The notes beneath the pieces are model-generated. The model worked only from the letters and a program-made list of their open reading frames with translations. It did no database searches and had not been told where the DNA came from. This document shows, in pieces, positions 17,801-26,544 of a DNA stretch of 59,576 nt; positions within the stretch are counted from its first letter, which is position 1; each line of letters begins with the position of its first letter. Position numbers and translations under genes: made by a program. Source of the stretch: Flavobacteriales bacterium. GTDB lineage: Bacteria > Bacteroidota > Bacteroidia > Flavobacteriales_D > Crocinitomicaceae. The stretch is from NCBI GenBank assembly GCA_947505255.1, contig CANNKP010000001.1, forward strand, positions 1-59,576, written 5' to 3'.

Positions 17801-18998
17801 AACTTTTGGAGATAATTGTTTTGCGTTTTTGACTCAAACAGATATAACAGGTTTAAGCTCTGGTGATATTTTCCCAGTTGGGATCACTAATCTAATCTAT
17901 ATAGTAGAAGATTCATCTGCTAATACGCAAACTTGTACTTTTCAAGTAGAAGTGCTAGATTTTCCTTCGGTAGCAACTATTTTAGCTGACACGCTTTCAT
18001 TTTGTGACATAACAAGTGCCGTTATTGAAGCTGTTCCTGTTACAAGTGGAACTGGAGAATGGACAATCCTAAGTGGTCAAGGAACGTTTAATAACCAATT
18101 TTCAAATTTGACTGGAGTAAATAATTTAGGTTATGGATCAAATGTTTTTGTTTGGACAATTTCTTCAGCTTCATGCGGAAATACAAGCGATACAATCACC
18201 GTAATCGTGTCACATACTCCATTAACTGCAAGCACATTAGACACAGTTTATGCCTGTAATTCTTTTTCAGTTGATTTATCAGCCAACGTGCCTTTATATG
18301 GCATTGGAACATGGAGTACAAACCTTGGTGCAACAATTAGCGACGTTAACCTAGCCACTGCATCTGCAAGTAATTTAGGTTCGGGTTGGAATCAATTTAT
18401 TTGGTTAATTACGAGTGGCTCATGTCCATCAACTTCGGATACAATGCGTGTTTATTCTTCCCCTCAAGCGGTGATAATTGAACAAGATACAGCAGTATGT
18501 TTGGAAAATCAAATTTTCACTCTAAACGGAACAGTTCCTGCAATAAATCAAACTGCAACATGGATGTTTATTTCTGGATTAGGTCAATTATCAAGTATTA
18601 ATTCACCCACTACAACACTTGAAAATCTTGGTTTGGGAACAAATATTTTAATCTATAAGTTGGAACATTCATTGTGCAACACTACAGCTGACACAATAAC
18701 GATTGTTACCTCACTTTGTGAAGGATTTAACCCGATTTTCCCGACTGTTATAACACCTAATTTAGACGGTAAAAATGACCTTTTTGTAATCAACTATTTA
18801 GAAAAAATTTATCCAAATTGTAGGGTAATTATTTTTAATAGATGGGGTTCAATTATTTTTGAATCGATTGGTTATGAAGAACCTTGGGACGGAACTTATA
18901 ATGGAGAACAATTACCAATGGGAACTTATTTTTACAAAATTGAGTTGAACGATGATGCAGCCACAGTTTTCAATGGTCCAATCAGTATAATACATTAA
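14877..18998 (+). CDS. Large secreted surface protein: N-terminal domain, about 10 HYR-like repeats, 3 further beta-rich modules, and a T9SS type-B (gliding-motility-associated) C-terminal sorting domain
   Basis: Signal peptide. Repeats follow the pattern D-x2-x-P-x-I/L-x-CP...C...DNC...Q-P-x-G...D-x-x-GN...C-F. The C-terminus is FPTVITPNLDGKNDLFVI...NRWGSIIFES...WDGTYNGEQLPMGTYFYKI. Confidence 0.88.
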   Translation: MLRYLIITTIVLSSINVFGQATLYFSDFETPFIDWLVAGDLSPNQWKRSSCPGNGSSAAGVAAFHISEGGTGLGCGVGNQDQFTYTNSVAGIQQAIAYTTIVGNCASNLQATFDYRIEGVAVQDYAELIYSANGGSTWIPIGANFTISSAWTTATISLPPALNSSTFLLGVRFTYNNTVINGFPIAIDNFKVTGTDTAGPSITCPTSLNQAVNSSCIAYADDYTSGMILLSDNCTDSVDIFVTQTPLEFSVIPLSPGNSTNVTLIATDETGNTSQCSFTLNIVDIIPPVFTTCPAASSIYVDSNCDALIANYMTSAVAIDNCSGSLTFTQNPPVGQIISGQAVVTPVTISVTDAFGNLATCLFNITTVDTILPTILCPANQLIYANNSCQANLFDYTGLSVAHDNCVSNALLTINQSPVSGTLISANQLITLTATDGTPSNTRSCVFTVNLIDTIKPNIICPVPSIRYLNASCQASIPDFTSTLNWSDNCTSAAALMTFTQTPIGGTVTSTNQTVVLTAIDQAGNSKSCSFIQTVIDTIRPQLVCPPNQTINMNASCFAVLPDFIPSTSHLENCFFTTNVVYTQSPIATTTINGPLPITMAGTDESGNVGTCSFTLTPIDVTNPTITCPGNSTISTNVGCTYVLPNVAALATVSDNCTSIAALVYNQTPAIGTALSVGSNTITISVLDLAGNSASCTYQLSVADQVIPAVICPQAQSVSVDINCSGTISNYTSLVSVSDNCSSLAQLTINQSPVSGSTINGNTPITMTITDAASNSSTCTFFAVVIDNTDPILTCPPTADIAINSSCQYNIPDLSGLITGTDNCSSLANMTITQNPLIGSLSTGLTAVLITLADQNGNSSTCITMITPFDTEAPLITCPSPAPINNGINCDYTLTNFASITNVLDNCPGYSITQIPSAGTIIQPGTQPIQLEVMDAGGNLAQCSFNITVIESVSPTISCPPNISTCDPLINYVDPTFGDNCFAFLTQTDITGLSSGDIFPVGITNLIYIVEDSSANTQTCTFQVEVLDFPSVATILADTLSFCDITSAVIEAVPVTSGTGEWTILSGQGTFNNQFSNLTGVNNLGYGSNVFVWTISSASCGNTSDTITVIVSHTPLTASTLDTVYACNSFSVDLSANVPLYGIGTWSTNLGATISDVNLATASASNLGSGWNQFIWLITSGSCPSTSDTMRVYSSPQAVIIEQDTAVCLENQIFTLNGTVPAINQTATWMFISGLGQLSSINSPTTTLENLGLGTNILIYKLEHSLCNTTADTITIVTSLCEGFNPIFPTVITPNLDGKNDLFVINYLEKIYPNCRVIIFNRWGSIIFESIGYEEPWDGTYNGEQLPMGTYFYKIELNDDAATVFNGPISIIH
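15462..17960 (+). repeat. Tandem array of about 10 diverged coding repeats of 80-87 aa (HYR-like)
   Basis: Repeat starts seen at TDTAGPSITCP, VDIIPPVFTTCP, VDTILPTILCP, IDTIKPNIICP, IDTIRPQLVCP, IDVTNPTITCP, ADQVIPAVICP, IDNTDPILTCP, FDTEAPLITCP and IESVSPTISCP. They are diverged at the DNA level. Confidence 0.8.
18726..18995 (+). other. T9SS type-B C-terminal sorting domain of the adhesin
   Basis: Contains TPNLDGKNDLF, NRWG and GTYFY, the landmarks of the gliding-motility-associated C-terminal domain family. Confidence 0.8.
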
Positions 18999-19009
18999 TA
19001 TAAAACAGG

Positions 19010-20050
19010 ATGAGAAATAGCACGAAATTTATAAGCCTGATTATCATAAATTGTTTGATAGTTTTTATTTCTAGAGGTCAGCAAGAATATCAATTTGCTA
19101 ACACTGTAAATAATCCTTATTTATTAAATCCAGCAGCTGGCGGAATGACAGATGTGATGCAGTTTGAGGCTTCAACACGTATGCAATGGATTGGATATGA
19201 AGGAGGTCCAAAAACTGTTTTAATTTCAGGGAATAGCCAAATTGGGATAAAACGAAATGGAGGAAATGCCTTGAGTGAATTCAATGTCAAAAACGAGAAA
19301 TTATTTAAAAATCCAGAAATAACAACAGCAAAAAGAAAGCACATTGTAGGTGGAAAAATATGGAATGATGCGATTGGGCCATTTTCTAAAACTTCTATCC
19401 AAGCTAGCTATGCATATCATTTACCTTTAACTAAAAAATTGAATTTTGGAGTAGGAATCGGTTTAGGATATAGCAATTTCAGAATCAACGATTCAAAAGT
19501 GATTTTAAACCAAGCAAATGATAATACGTATGATCAATTCCAAGGAAATACCGCAACACAAAATCTTGGAGATGCTCAAGCTGGATTGGTTATTTATGGT
19601 CAAAAATTATTTTTTGGGATTAGTGGAACACAAGTATTGAATAACAAGGTTGAATTGAATCAAATTTTAACAACCAATAATTTCAATAGGCACTTTTTCA
19701 TGATAACAAAATATAAAATCGAGACAACTTCAGATATTGCTATTGAGCCTTCGGTTGTAATAAAAATGACTGAAAAAAGTCCAGTTTCAATTGATTTAGG
19801 AACTCGGTTATTCTATAAAAATAGTAGCTGGTTTGGTGTGCAATTTCGCACCACTAATAGTTTAATCTTCCAATTAGGAACAAATTTGGTAAAGAATCTT
19901 TATGTCAGTTATGCTTTCGAGCAATCTGTTGGGAAAATTAGAACAGCAGGTAGTTCAACACATGAAATTCAATTGGGTTATTATCTCGGTAAGAACAGAA
20001 ATGTTGACAAGGAATTAAAGGAAAAATCTAAGACTTCTGAAAAACTTTAA
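19010..20050 (+). CDS. PorP/SprF-family T9SS membrane protein (cognate partner of the upstream type-B CTD protein)
   Basis: 346 aa. N-terminal signal, then QQEYQFANTVNNPYLLNPAAGG (PorP/SprF signature), beta-barrel-like composition, and a start 11 nt after the adhesin stop. Confidence 0.85.
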   Translation: MRNSTKFISLIIINCLIVFISRGQQEYQFANTVNNPYLLNPAAGGMTDVMQFEASTRMQWIGYEGGPKTVLISGNSQIGIKRNGGNALSEFNVKNEKLFKNPEITTAKRKHIVGGKIWNDAIGPFSKTSIQASYAYHLPLTKKLNFGVGIGLGYSNFRINDSKVILNQANDNTYDQFQGNTATQNLGDAQAGLVIYGQKLFFGISGTQVLNNKVELNQILTTNNFNRHFFMITKYKIETTSDIAIEPSVVIKMTEKSPVSIDLGTRLFYKNSSWFGVQFRTTNSLIFQLGTNLVKNLYVSYAFEQSVGKIRTAGSSTHEIQLGYYLGKNRNVDKELKEKSKTSEKL

Positions 20051-20067
20051 TCGATTTCGATACGCTT

Positions 20068-21390
20068 ATGAGACCTTTATATGCAATTCTGTTCGTTACT
20101 TTAAAATACGCACTTAGAATATTTTATCCGAGAATCAAAACGGTAAATTCACCAAAGGGATTTTTTGGAAACACTATATATGTTAGCAACCATTGTGCTT
20201 CTTTTATGGACCCTTTAGTTGTTGCGTCGTACAATCAGCCTATTCTTTTCTTTATGACGCGTTCTGATGTTTTCACTCCCATTTCAAGGCCGGTTTTATG
20301 GGCGGCGCATAGCTTACCAATTTATCGTCAGCATGATGGGGTAAACACAAAAAATGAAAATGAGAAAGCTTTTGCCACGTGTATTAAAATTTTAAAAAGT
20401 GGGAGAAATTTATTGGTTTTTGGTGAAGGTTTTACAGATGATATATTTATTCGACGCTTAAAACCAGTAAAAAAAGGAGCTGTTCGAATTGGGTTTATTA
20501 CACTTGAAGCATTAAATTGGGAGAAAAAAATATACATCGCAGCAGTAGGGTGTAATTATTCTGATCCAAATGAAATGAGAAGTGACGTTCTTGTTTCTAC
20601 ATCCGATAAAATTTGCTTGAACGATTACAAAGAACAATTCCAAGCAAATCCAAATAAAGTAATCAATGAGCTTACTAAAAGGATTGAATCTTTGATGCAA
20701 GATCAGATAACGCATGTAGAAGATAAAAACTGGCTTAATTTTCATGAAAACATCATGAAATTGACGCGTAAAGGAATGAATGCTAAACACAGCGACACGA
20801 ATATTTCTTTAATAGAACGGTGGAAATATTCTAAGCAACTTGCAACATGGCTAAACAATCAAAAAGAAGAACAATTAGAAAATCTTCAAGGATTAAAAGA
20901 TGAAATGGAACGTTATTTTTCTCTTTTACGAAAATTGAAAGTGAATGAAAACTGTGTGCATGAATTAAGTGTAAATGGCAAACTTAATCGCGCAAAAGAG
21001 TTGGCGTACTTATTCATTTTATTTCCATTCGCAATACTTGGATTTTTGCATTGCAGCATCCCTTACTTTATTGTGAAAAGATTTGTAGAGAAAACATTCA
21101 AAAGACGTGTTTTCTGGGCTTCAGTTAAACTTATCTTAGGAATGATTTTTATGGGATTAATAAATATTCCTGTCATATTTTTGGTTCACTACTTCTTTTT
21201 TCCTAGTTATTGGTTAGGATTTCTATATTATGGCTTAATTGGTGTTTTCGGATTAGCGGCATACATGTGGTGGATTAATTTTGTGCGTTTCAAAGAAAAA
21301 GGTATGATTGAAAAAATGAATCTTTCAAAAATTGTATCTAAAAGAAATGAATTATTAGAGAAAATTTATTCATTAATTCCAGTTGCTTGA
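20068..21390 (+). CDS. PlsC-type lysophospholipid/glycerol-3-phosphate acyltransferase family protein with a C-terminal multi-TM extension
   Basis: NHCASFMDP (H-x-D acyltransferase box region), FGEGFT and VKKGAVRI blocks. The last roughly 120 aa are hydrophobic. Confidence 0.7.
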   Translation: MRPLYAILFVTLKYALRIFYPRIKTVNSPKGFFGNTIYVSNHCASFMDPLVVASYNQPILFFMTRSDVFTPISRPVLWAAHSLPIYRQHDGVNTKNENEKAFATCIKILKSGRNLLVFGEGFTDDIFIRRLKPVKKGAVRIGFITLEALNWEKKIYIAAVGCNYSDPNEMRSDVLVSTSDKICLNDYKEQFQANPNKVINELTKRIESLMQDQITHVEDKNWLNFHENIMKLTRKGMNAKHSDTNISLIERWKYSKQLATWLNNQKEEQLENLQGLKDEMERYFSLLRKLKVNENCVHELSVNGKLNRAKELAYLFILFPFAILGFLHCSIPYFIVKRFVEKTFKRRVFWASVKLILGMIFMGLINIPVIFLVHYFFFPSYWLGFLYYGLIGVFGLAAYMWWINFVRFKEKGMIEKMNLSKIVSKRNELLEKIYSLIPVA

Positions 21391-21396
21391 CGCACC

Positions 21397-21762
21397 TTAT
21401 TTAACCGTAGTACTTAGAAAAAAGATAATTGCGATTCCGGTGAAAAGTGATAGAAGTATATTTAATCCAGCCAAAGCAATGTTACCTGAATTTATCAATT
21501 GAACGGTTTCAAAGCTAAAGGTACTAAACGTGCTAAATCCGCCACAAAAACCAATTAAGAGAAGCGGTTTAATCCAATCATATTGATTCATTTTATCCGT
21601 TAAGCCAAAGACAATTAATCCCAACAATAAACAAGCTAGAAAATTGGTAATTAATGTCCCCAAAGGAAATGGATTTGGCCAAAATTTAAATGAAATAATT
21701 CCAATTAAATATCTCAAAAGACTTCCTAATCCTCCACCAATAAATATTAAAACCCAATTCAT
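21397..21762 (-). CDS. crcB: Fluoride ion channel CrcB/FluC
   Basis: 121 aa, 4 TM, with GGGLGSLLRY and GFCGGFSTFSTF motifs. Confidence 0.92.
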   Translation of the reverse strand: MNWVLIFIGGGLGSLLRYLIGIISFKFWPNPFPLGTLITNFLACLLLGLIVFGLTDKMNQYDWIKPLLLIGFCGGFSTFSTFSFETVQLINSGNIALAGLNILLSLFTGIAIIFFLSTTVK

Positions 21763-22353
21763 TTATTTAATTTTTGATGAAGTTAAAGGAAAATACCAAA
21801 ACTTATAAAGTAAAAACGTAATTAAAGAACCTATCACGGCACCGACTACTACATCAGATAAATAATGAACTCCTAGATAAATTCTACTGAAACAAATAAT
21901 AATCCCAATAAATAAAAGCAACCATTTTAATCTTGAATAATCCTTTTTAAGAACTAAATAGGAAGCTGTTGCGATAGCAAAATAATTTGCTGCATGTGAG
22001 GAAATAAATCCATATTCTCCTCCTTTATAGCGGTTTCCTGGCGCAATTTGATAAAAATGAAGCTGGTCTAACAAAAGTAAATTATGCGATGGTCTGTAAC
22101 GTAGAAATACATTTTTGAATAAATGAACCGAAACTAAATCCGTCACAATTACTGCAATAACAGCTAATAAAATGAAGTAAATAAAATGATGCTTGTTTAA
22201 TTTTTTGAATGCTAGAATTAAAATGAAAATATATAAAGGAATCCACGTTATTCTTGCCGAAATCCACCACATCACCTCATCCAATAAAGGTGAATGCCAA
22301 CTATTTATGGCAAGGACAATTTGACGGTCTATTTCTTCAAAATACTCAATCAT
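21763..22353 (-). CDS. PAP2-superfamily phosphatase (membrane)
   Basis: PAP2 motifs RYRPSH, SSHAAN and [13 protein letters not shown]. Its stop abuts the crcB start (zero gap). Confidence 0.85.
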   Translation of the reverse strand: MIEYFEEIDRQIVLAINSWHSPLLDEVMWWISARITWIPLYIFILILAFKKLNKHHFIYFILLAVIAVIVTDLVSVHLFKNVFLRYRPSHNLLLLDQLHFYQIAPGNRYKGGEYGFISSHAANYFAIATASYLVLKKDYSRLKWLLLFIGIIICFSRIYLGVHYLSDVVVGAVIGSLITFLLYKFWYFPLTSSKIK

Positions 22354-23338
22354 TATTTAAACGTTCCCATATCATATCTTTCAACTCTGTTAAGCCCTGT
22401 TGAGCGACAGATGAAATAAAAATATAAGGGATTTTCGGCAAATCTTTTTTCAATTCTTCCATTAGTTCATTATCAATCATATCTGATTTTGTAATTGCCA
22501 ACAGACGATCTTTGTGCATCAATTCTGGATTATATTGTTTCAATTCATTCAACAATATCTTGTATTCCTTGTGAATATCATCAGAATCGCAAGGAACCAT
22601 GAATAACAATAACGAATTTCGTTCAATATGCCTTAAGAATCTTAAACCTAGACCTTTTCCTTGCGAAGCACCTTCAATAATACCTGGGATATCAGCCATT
22701 ATGAACGAACGGTAATCCCTGTAATTTACAATTCCAAGATTTGGACGTAAGGTCGTAAACGGATAATTTGCGATTTCAGGTTTTGCAGCACTTACAACTG
22801 AAAGTAAGGTGCTTTTTCCAGCATTTGGAAAACCTACTAAACCAACATCTGCTAACACTTTTAATTCAAGAATTTTCCACCCTTCTTTCGACTCTTCTCC
22901 AGGTTGAGCGAAACGTGGTGTTTGATTGGTAGGTGATTTGAATTGATTATTTCCTAAACCACCGCGCCCTCCAGGTTGCAAAATTCGTTCTTCTCCTTCT
23001 TCCGTAATTTCAAATAATTCTTCTCCTGTTTCTAAATCTCTGGCGATGGTTCCTAATGGTACATCTATGTATTGATCTTGACCTTGCCCGCCAGTTTGAA
23101 GGTTACCAGAACCATGACCACCATGACCTGCTTTTATGTGTTTTTTGAATTTCAAATGAAGTAATGTCCAAAGTTGTTTGTTTCCTCGAACAATAATATG
23201 TCCACCTCGACCACCATCACCACCATCTGGACCACCTTTCGTAATATATTTTTCACGACGAAAATGCGTCGATCCCGCTCCTCCATTTCCAGAAGTACAG
23301 TGAATTTTTACGTAGTCAACAAAATTATCAGAAGCCAT
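22346..23338 (-). CDS. obg: GTPase Obg/CgtA
   Basis: Obg fold [15 protein letters not shown]-domain [13 protein letters not shown] and TKSD. The ATG at 23338-23336 ([10 protein letters not shown]...) is preferred. Confidence 0.95.
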   Translation of the reverse strand: MASDNFVDYVKIHCTSGNGGAGSTHFRREKYITKGGPDGGDGGRGGHIIVRGNKQLWTLLHLKFKKHIKAGHGGHGSGNLQTGGQGQDQYIDVPLGTIARDLETGEELFEITEEGEERILQPGGRGGLGNNQFKSPTNQTPRFAQPGEESKEGWKILELKVLADVGLVGFPNAGKSTLLSVVSAAKPEIANYPFTTLRPNLGIVNYRDYRSFIMADIPGIIEGASQGKGLGLRFLRHIERNSLLLFMVPCDSDDIHKEYKILLNELKQYNPELMHKDRLLAITKSDMIDNELMEELKKDLPKIPYIFISSVAQQGLTELKDMIWERLNND

Positions 23339-23381
23339 AAAGGGATTTTTTACAAAGGTAGGATTATTCAATCAATAAACT

Positions 23382-23414
23382 AAAAAATGCCAACCTGATA
23401 TAAGGATGGCATTT
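23382..23414 (-). terminator. Rho-independent terminator downstream of adk
   Basis: Arms at 23386-23395 (aatgccaacc) and 23404-23413 (ggatggcatt) give a 10-bp stem with 1 mismatch and an 8-nt loop. On the minus strand a U6 tract follows (plus-strand A-run 23382-23387). Confidence 0.65.
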
Positions 23415-23435
23415 CAATAAATCGCATTTATCCGA

Positions 23436-24008
23436 TTATAACTTATTTATTTCTAGAAATAGACGTTGAGTAATATCATCAATAGAACCAATTCCATTCA
23501 CAGCTACAAATTTTCCTTGATTTTGGTAAAAAGTCTTAACTGGTGCTGTTTCATTGTTGTAAACATTGATTCGGTTTTGAATAACTTCGGGATTAGCGTC
23601 ATCTACTCTGCCACTAACTTCAGCGCGCTTTTTCAAGCGTTCTCTCAATTCAACTTCTTCAACTTCAAGAGCCAACATAACGTTAATTTTTGTGTCAATT
23701 GATTTCAAAAATGAATCCAAGGCCTCCGCTTGAGCATTTGTTCTTGGAAATCCATCAAAAATAAAACCTTTGGCATTGGGCTGATTCATGACCTCCGAAC
23801 GCAGCATATTAATTGTGACTTCATCTGGGACTAATTGACCTTTGTCCATATAACTTTTAGCCAAAGTTCCCAATTCTGTTTCACCTTTAATATTTGCTCT
23901 AAACACATCTCCAGTTGAAAGATGAATGAGTCCATATTTGTCAATCAATCTCTCCGATTGAGTTCCTTTACCTGCTCCTGGAGGTCCAAATAAAACAATA
24001 TTCAACAT
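23436..24008 (-). CDS. adk: Adenylate kinase
   Basis: GPPGAGKGTQ P-loop and short-lid Adk architecture, 190 aa. Confidence 0.96.
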   Translation of the reverse strand: MLNIVLFGPPGAGKGTQSERLIDKYGLIHLSTGDVFRANIKGETELGTLAKSYMDKGQLVPDEVTINMLRSEVMNQPNAKGFIFDGFPRTNAQAEALDSFLKSIDTKINVMLALEVEEVELRERLKKRAEVSGRVDDANPEVIQNRINVYNNETAPVKTFYQNQGKFVAVNGIGSIDDITQRLFLEINKL

Positions 24009-24023
24009 ACTTTTTGAATGAGG

Positions 24024-24557
24024 TTAATCCTCTTTTAATTGATATATTTCACGTAAATTTCTGCCCTTTTCATCGTAATCCAAACCATATCCAACAACAA
24101 ATGCATTCGGTATAGAAAAGCCAACATAATCTGGTGCTTGTTTTCCTAAAAACGCCGTTGGCTTATATAAAAGAGTGCAAACTTTTACTGACTTCAAACT
24201 TTCTGAACCTAAAAGGGTAATTATTTTGTCAATGGTTATTCCAGTATCAACTATGTCTTCTAGAATAATAACATGCTTATTTTCTAAATTAGTATTTAAT
24301 CCGATTAATTCATCTACCCTACCCTTTGATGTAGTCCCATGATATGAACTTACCTTCACGAAGGATATCTCGCAAGGTATTGTAATGGACTTTAATAGAT
24401 CTGCTGCGAACATAAAAGCACCATTCAAAATCGCAATGAAAGTTACCTCTTGCCCATTATAATCAGCATTTATTCTTTCCGCTAAATCGGAGATTTCTTT
24501 CAAAATTTCCTTTTCATGAATAAAGACATCAAATGACTTATCGTTTAATTGAACCAC
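24024..24557 (-). CDS. hpt: Hypoxanthine phosphoribosyltransferase
   Basis: PRPP-binding VIILEDIVDTGIT, 177 aa, with typical Hpt N- and C-terminal blocks. Confidence 0.92.
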   Translation of the reverse strand: MVQLNDKSFDVFIHEKEILKEISDLAERINADYNGQEVTFIAILNGAFMFAADLLKSITIPCEISFVKVSSYHGTTSKGRVDELIGLNTNLENKHVIILEDIVDTGITIDKIITLLGSESLKSVKVCTLLYKPTAFLGKQAPDYVGFSIPNAFVVGYGLDYDEKGRNLREIYQLKED

Positions 24558-24653
24558 CTATTCGTGTTTTTTGAGAAACAAAGGTACTATTTAATTAAAA
24601 AATTATCTTAAATTTTTATTCTAAATCTTATCAACCACTCAAAAAAACCCTGC

Positions 24654-24661
24654 TATCTTTG
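24654..24661 (+). promoter_or_regulatory. Candidate -7 box (TAnnTTTG) upstream of purK
   Basis: TATCTTTG ends 5 nt before the track ATG at 24666. If this box is functional, the real purK start may be the internal ATG (MVGGGQLGRM) at 24705. Confidence 0.3.
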
Positions 24662-24665
24662 TTCA

Positions 24666-25814
24666 ATGCAAAAGTTCTGGTATGGAAGCACTGCCCGTTT
24701 AGGAATGGTTGGTGGAGGTCAATTAGGCCGAATGTTTATTCAAGAAGCAATTAATTTCAATGTACATGTGCATGTGCTAGACTCAGATATTAACGCACCT
24801 TGTAAAGAAATTGCACATTCCTTTACACTAGGATCCATAACAGATTATGACGCATTATACCAATTTGGTTTGGATAAAGACACGCTGACAGTTGAGATTG
24901 AAAATGTAAATATTGAGGCACTTGAAGCACTAGAGAAACTGGGGAAAAAAGTGTTTCCGCAACCTAGCGTATTGAAAATAATAAAAGACAAAGGAATTCA
25001 AAAGCAATTTTATATTGAAAATAATATTCCTACTGCCGATTTTTGTTTAATTGAATCTTCATCAGAATTGAACAACCATATAGATTTCCTTCCTTGTATG
25101 CAAAAATTAACGACAGGGGGCTATGATGGGAAAGGAGTCCAAGCCATTCGAACTGTTAATGATTTTTCGAAAGCGTTTGATGGTTCTTCAATTTTGGAAA
25201 AAATGATTCCTTTCACAAAAGAATTATCAATTATAGTTGCCAGAAATGAGCAAGGAGAAATAAAAACATACCCTGCAGTTGAATGTGAATTTAGTGAAGA
25301 AGCAAATTTGGTTGAATTCCTTTTCGCACCAGCTGACATTACAAACGAAATTGAACATAAAGCAACTGAACTCGCAAAGGAAGTAATTGAGAAACTAGGT
25401 ATGGTTGGAATATTGGCAGTTGAATTATTTCTAACGCCTGAAGGAGACCTTTTGGTTAATGAAATTGCACCAAGACCACACAATAGCGGGCATCATACAA
25501 TAGAATGTAATGTCACATCGCAATTTGAACAACATTTACGCGCTGTCTTAAATTTGCCATTAGGTTCAACTGATATTCTTCAAGCTGGAGCAATGATCAA
25601 TTTACTTGGAGAAAAAGGATTTGAAGGTCCCGTATTTTATGACGGTTTGGAAAAATTTCTAGGAGATCCAGGTGTGCATCCGCATATATACGGAAAAGCA
25701 ATCACTAAGCCGTATAGAAAAATGGGACACGTCACTATTGCAGGGAAATCATTAGAAGAAGTAAAAGAATTAGCCGTAAAAGTTAAAAATGGTATTAAAG
25801 TTATTGCTGATTAA
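24666..25814 (+). CDS. purK: N5-carboxyaminoimidazole ribonucleotide synthase
   Basis: GGGQLGRM N-terminus, ATP-grasp core and NEIAPRPHNSGH motif. Start uncertain (24666 or 24705). Confidence 0.92.
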   Translation: MQKFWYGSTARLGMVGGGQLGRMFIQEAINFNVHVHVLDSDINAPCKEIAHSFTLGSITDYDALYQFGLDKDTLTVEIENVNIEALEALEKLGKKVFPQPSVLKIIKDKGIQKQFYIENNIPTADFCLIESSSELNNHIDFLPCMQKLTTGGYDGKGVQAIRTVNDFSKAFDGSSILEKMIPFTKELSIIVARNEQGEIKTYPAVECEFSEEANLVEFLFAPADITNEIEHKATELAKEVIEKLGMVGILAVELFLTPEGDLLVNEIAPRPHNSGHHTIECNVTSQFEQHLRAVLNLPLGSTDILQAGAMINLLGEKGFEGPVFYDGLEKFLGDPGVHPHIYGKAITKPYRKMGHVTIAGKSLEEVKELAVKVKNGIKVIAD

Positions 25815-25961
25815 AGATTTATTTTTTAAATTCAGAATAATCTACATTTTTTCTAACCAACATTTTAATTAATTTTTTATTCAATTTTTTTGAGCTGACA
25901 GATAATGTCTCAATCCTAATTATTGAGATTAAATGTTACTAAGAAATTCTTTTTTTTATTT

Positions 25962-26026
25962 TGTTTAATCTTTTTATTGTTTTGTTAAACAATTTTTGTT
26001 TAACTTTACATCTCAAATGTTAAACA
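25962..26026. promoter_or_regulatory. Four copies of the half-site TGTTTAA(C)/GTTAAACA, including a perfect 8+5+8 palindrome. Candidate operator upstream of the sigma/crt array.
   Basis: TGTTTAA at 25962-25968, GTTAAACA at 25984-25991, TGTTTAAC at 25997-26004 and GTTAAACA at 26019-26026. The outer copies are each 22 bp from the neighbouring inner copy. Confidence 0.45.
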
Positions 26027-26034
26027 AAATACTT

Positions 26035-26544
26035 ATGTCAACAATAGAATTCAACGAGGCACTAATAGGAATGGAAAATAATCTTAAATCATTCGCTCTA
26101 AGTTTTACAAAAAACCAAGATGATGCCAAAGATTTGACGCAAGAAACAATGTTAAAAGCTATAACATATAGAAATTACTATACACCACAGACAAATTTCA
26201 AGGCTTGGGTTTTTACTATTATGCGAAATATCTTTATCAATCAATATAGACGCAAGGTGAAATCACGAACAATTTTTGATCAGTCGAAAGATTTATATAT
26301 GTTGAACAGCCCTGATTCATCAAATTCACCAATTAATTTAATGTTGGAAAAGGAAGTTAACAATCAAATTAATAAATTAGGCGAAGATTATAAAGAACCT
26401 TTTGAAATGCATTTTAACGGATTCAAATACAAAGAAATTGCTTCTGAATTAGATATTCCGATTGGTACGGTAAAAAGCCGTATCTTCATTGCTCGTAAAA
26501 AACTTATGGATTTATTGCCTGACTATAATTATTCAATGGCTTAA
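26035..26544 (+). CDS. Sigma-70 family (ECF-type) RNA polymerase sigma factor
   Basis: Region 2 is DAKDLTQETMLKA...FKAWVFTIMRNIFINQYRR. Region 4 is YKEIASELDIPIGTVKSRIFIARKKL. ATG 26035 is preferred because the TTG at 25996 and ATG at 26017 fall inside the repeat array. Confidence 0.85.
   Translation: MSTIEFNEALIGMENNLKSFALSFTKNQDDAKDLTQETMLKAITYRNYYTPQTNFKAWVFTIMRNIFINQYRRKVKSRTIFDQSKDLYMLNSPDSSNSPINLMLEKEVNNQINKLGEDYKEPFEMHFNGFKYKEIASELDIPIGTVKSRIFIARKKLMDLLPDYNYSMA

Noticed and set aside
15462-17960. Long tandem periodicity that might have been a CRISPR array or satellite
   Set aside because: The repeats are about 250 nt long, lie in frame within a single 4.1-kb ORF, and are conserved at the protein level rather than the DNA level. 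There are no short identical direct repeats with unique spacers anywhere in the window.
21763-22353. Fluoride riboswitch expected upstream of crcB
   Set aside because: crcB starts immediately after the PAP2 gene stop (zero gap), and PAP2 overlaps obg by 8 nt. There is no non-coding leader in which a crcB-motif RNA could reside.
25121-25483. 120-aa minus-strand ORF inside purK. Similar antisense or alternate-frame ORFs occur at 37359-37721, 34487-34828, 5261-5593, 20512-20790, 31288-31542, 57415-57796, 38586-38786 and elsewhere in the track.
   Set aside because: All are fully embedded in strongly supported genes, have low-complexity or hydrophobic junk-like composition with no motifs, and are the expected by-product of AT-rich coding sequence.
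25908-25928. Hairpin TCTCAAT-N7-ATTGAGA as the purK terminator
   Set aside because: The stem is only 7 bp and AT-rich, there is no following U-tract, and it lies about 95 nt from the purK stop. This is too weak to call.
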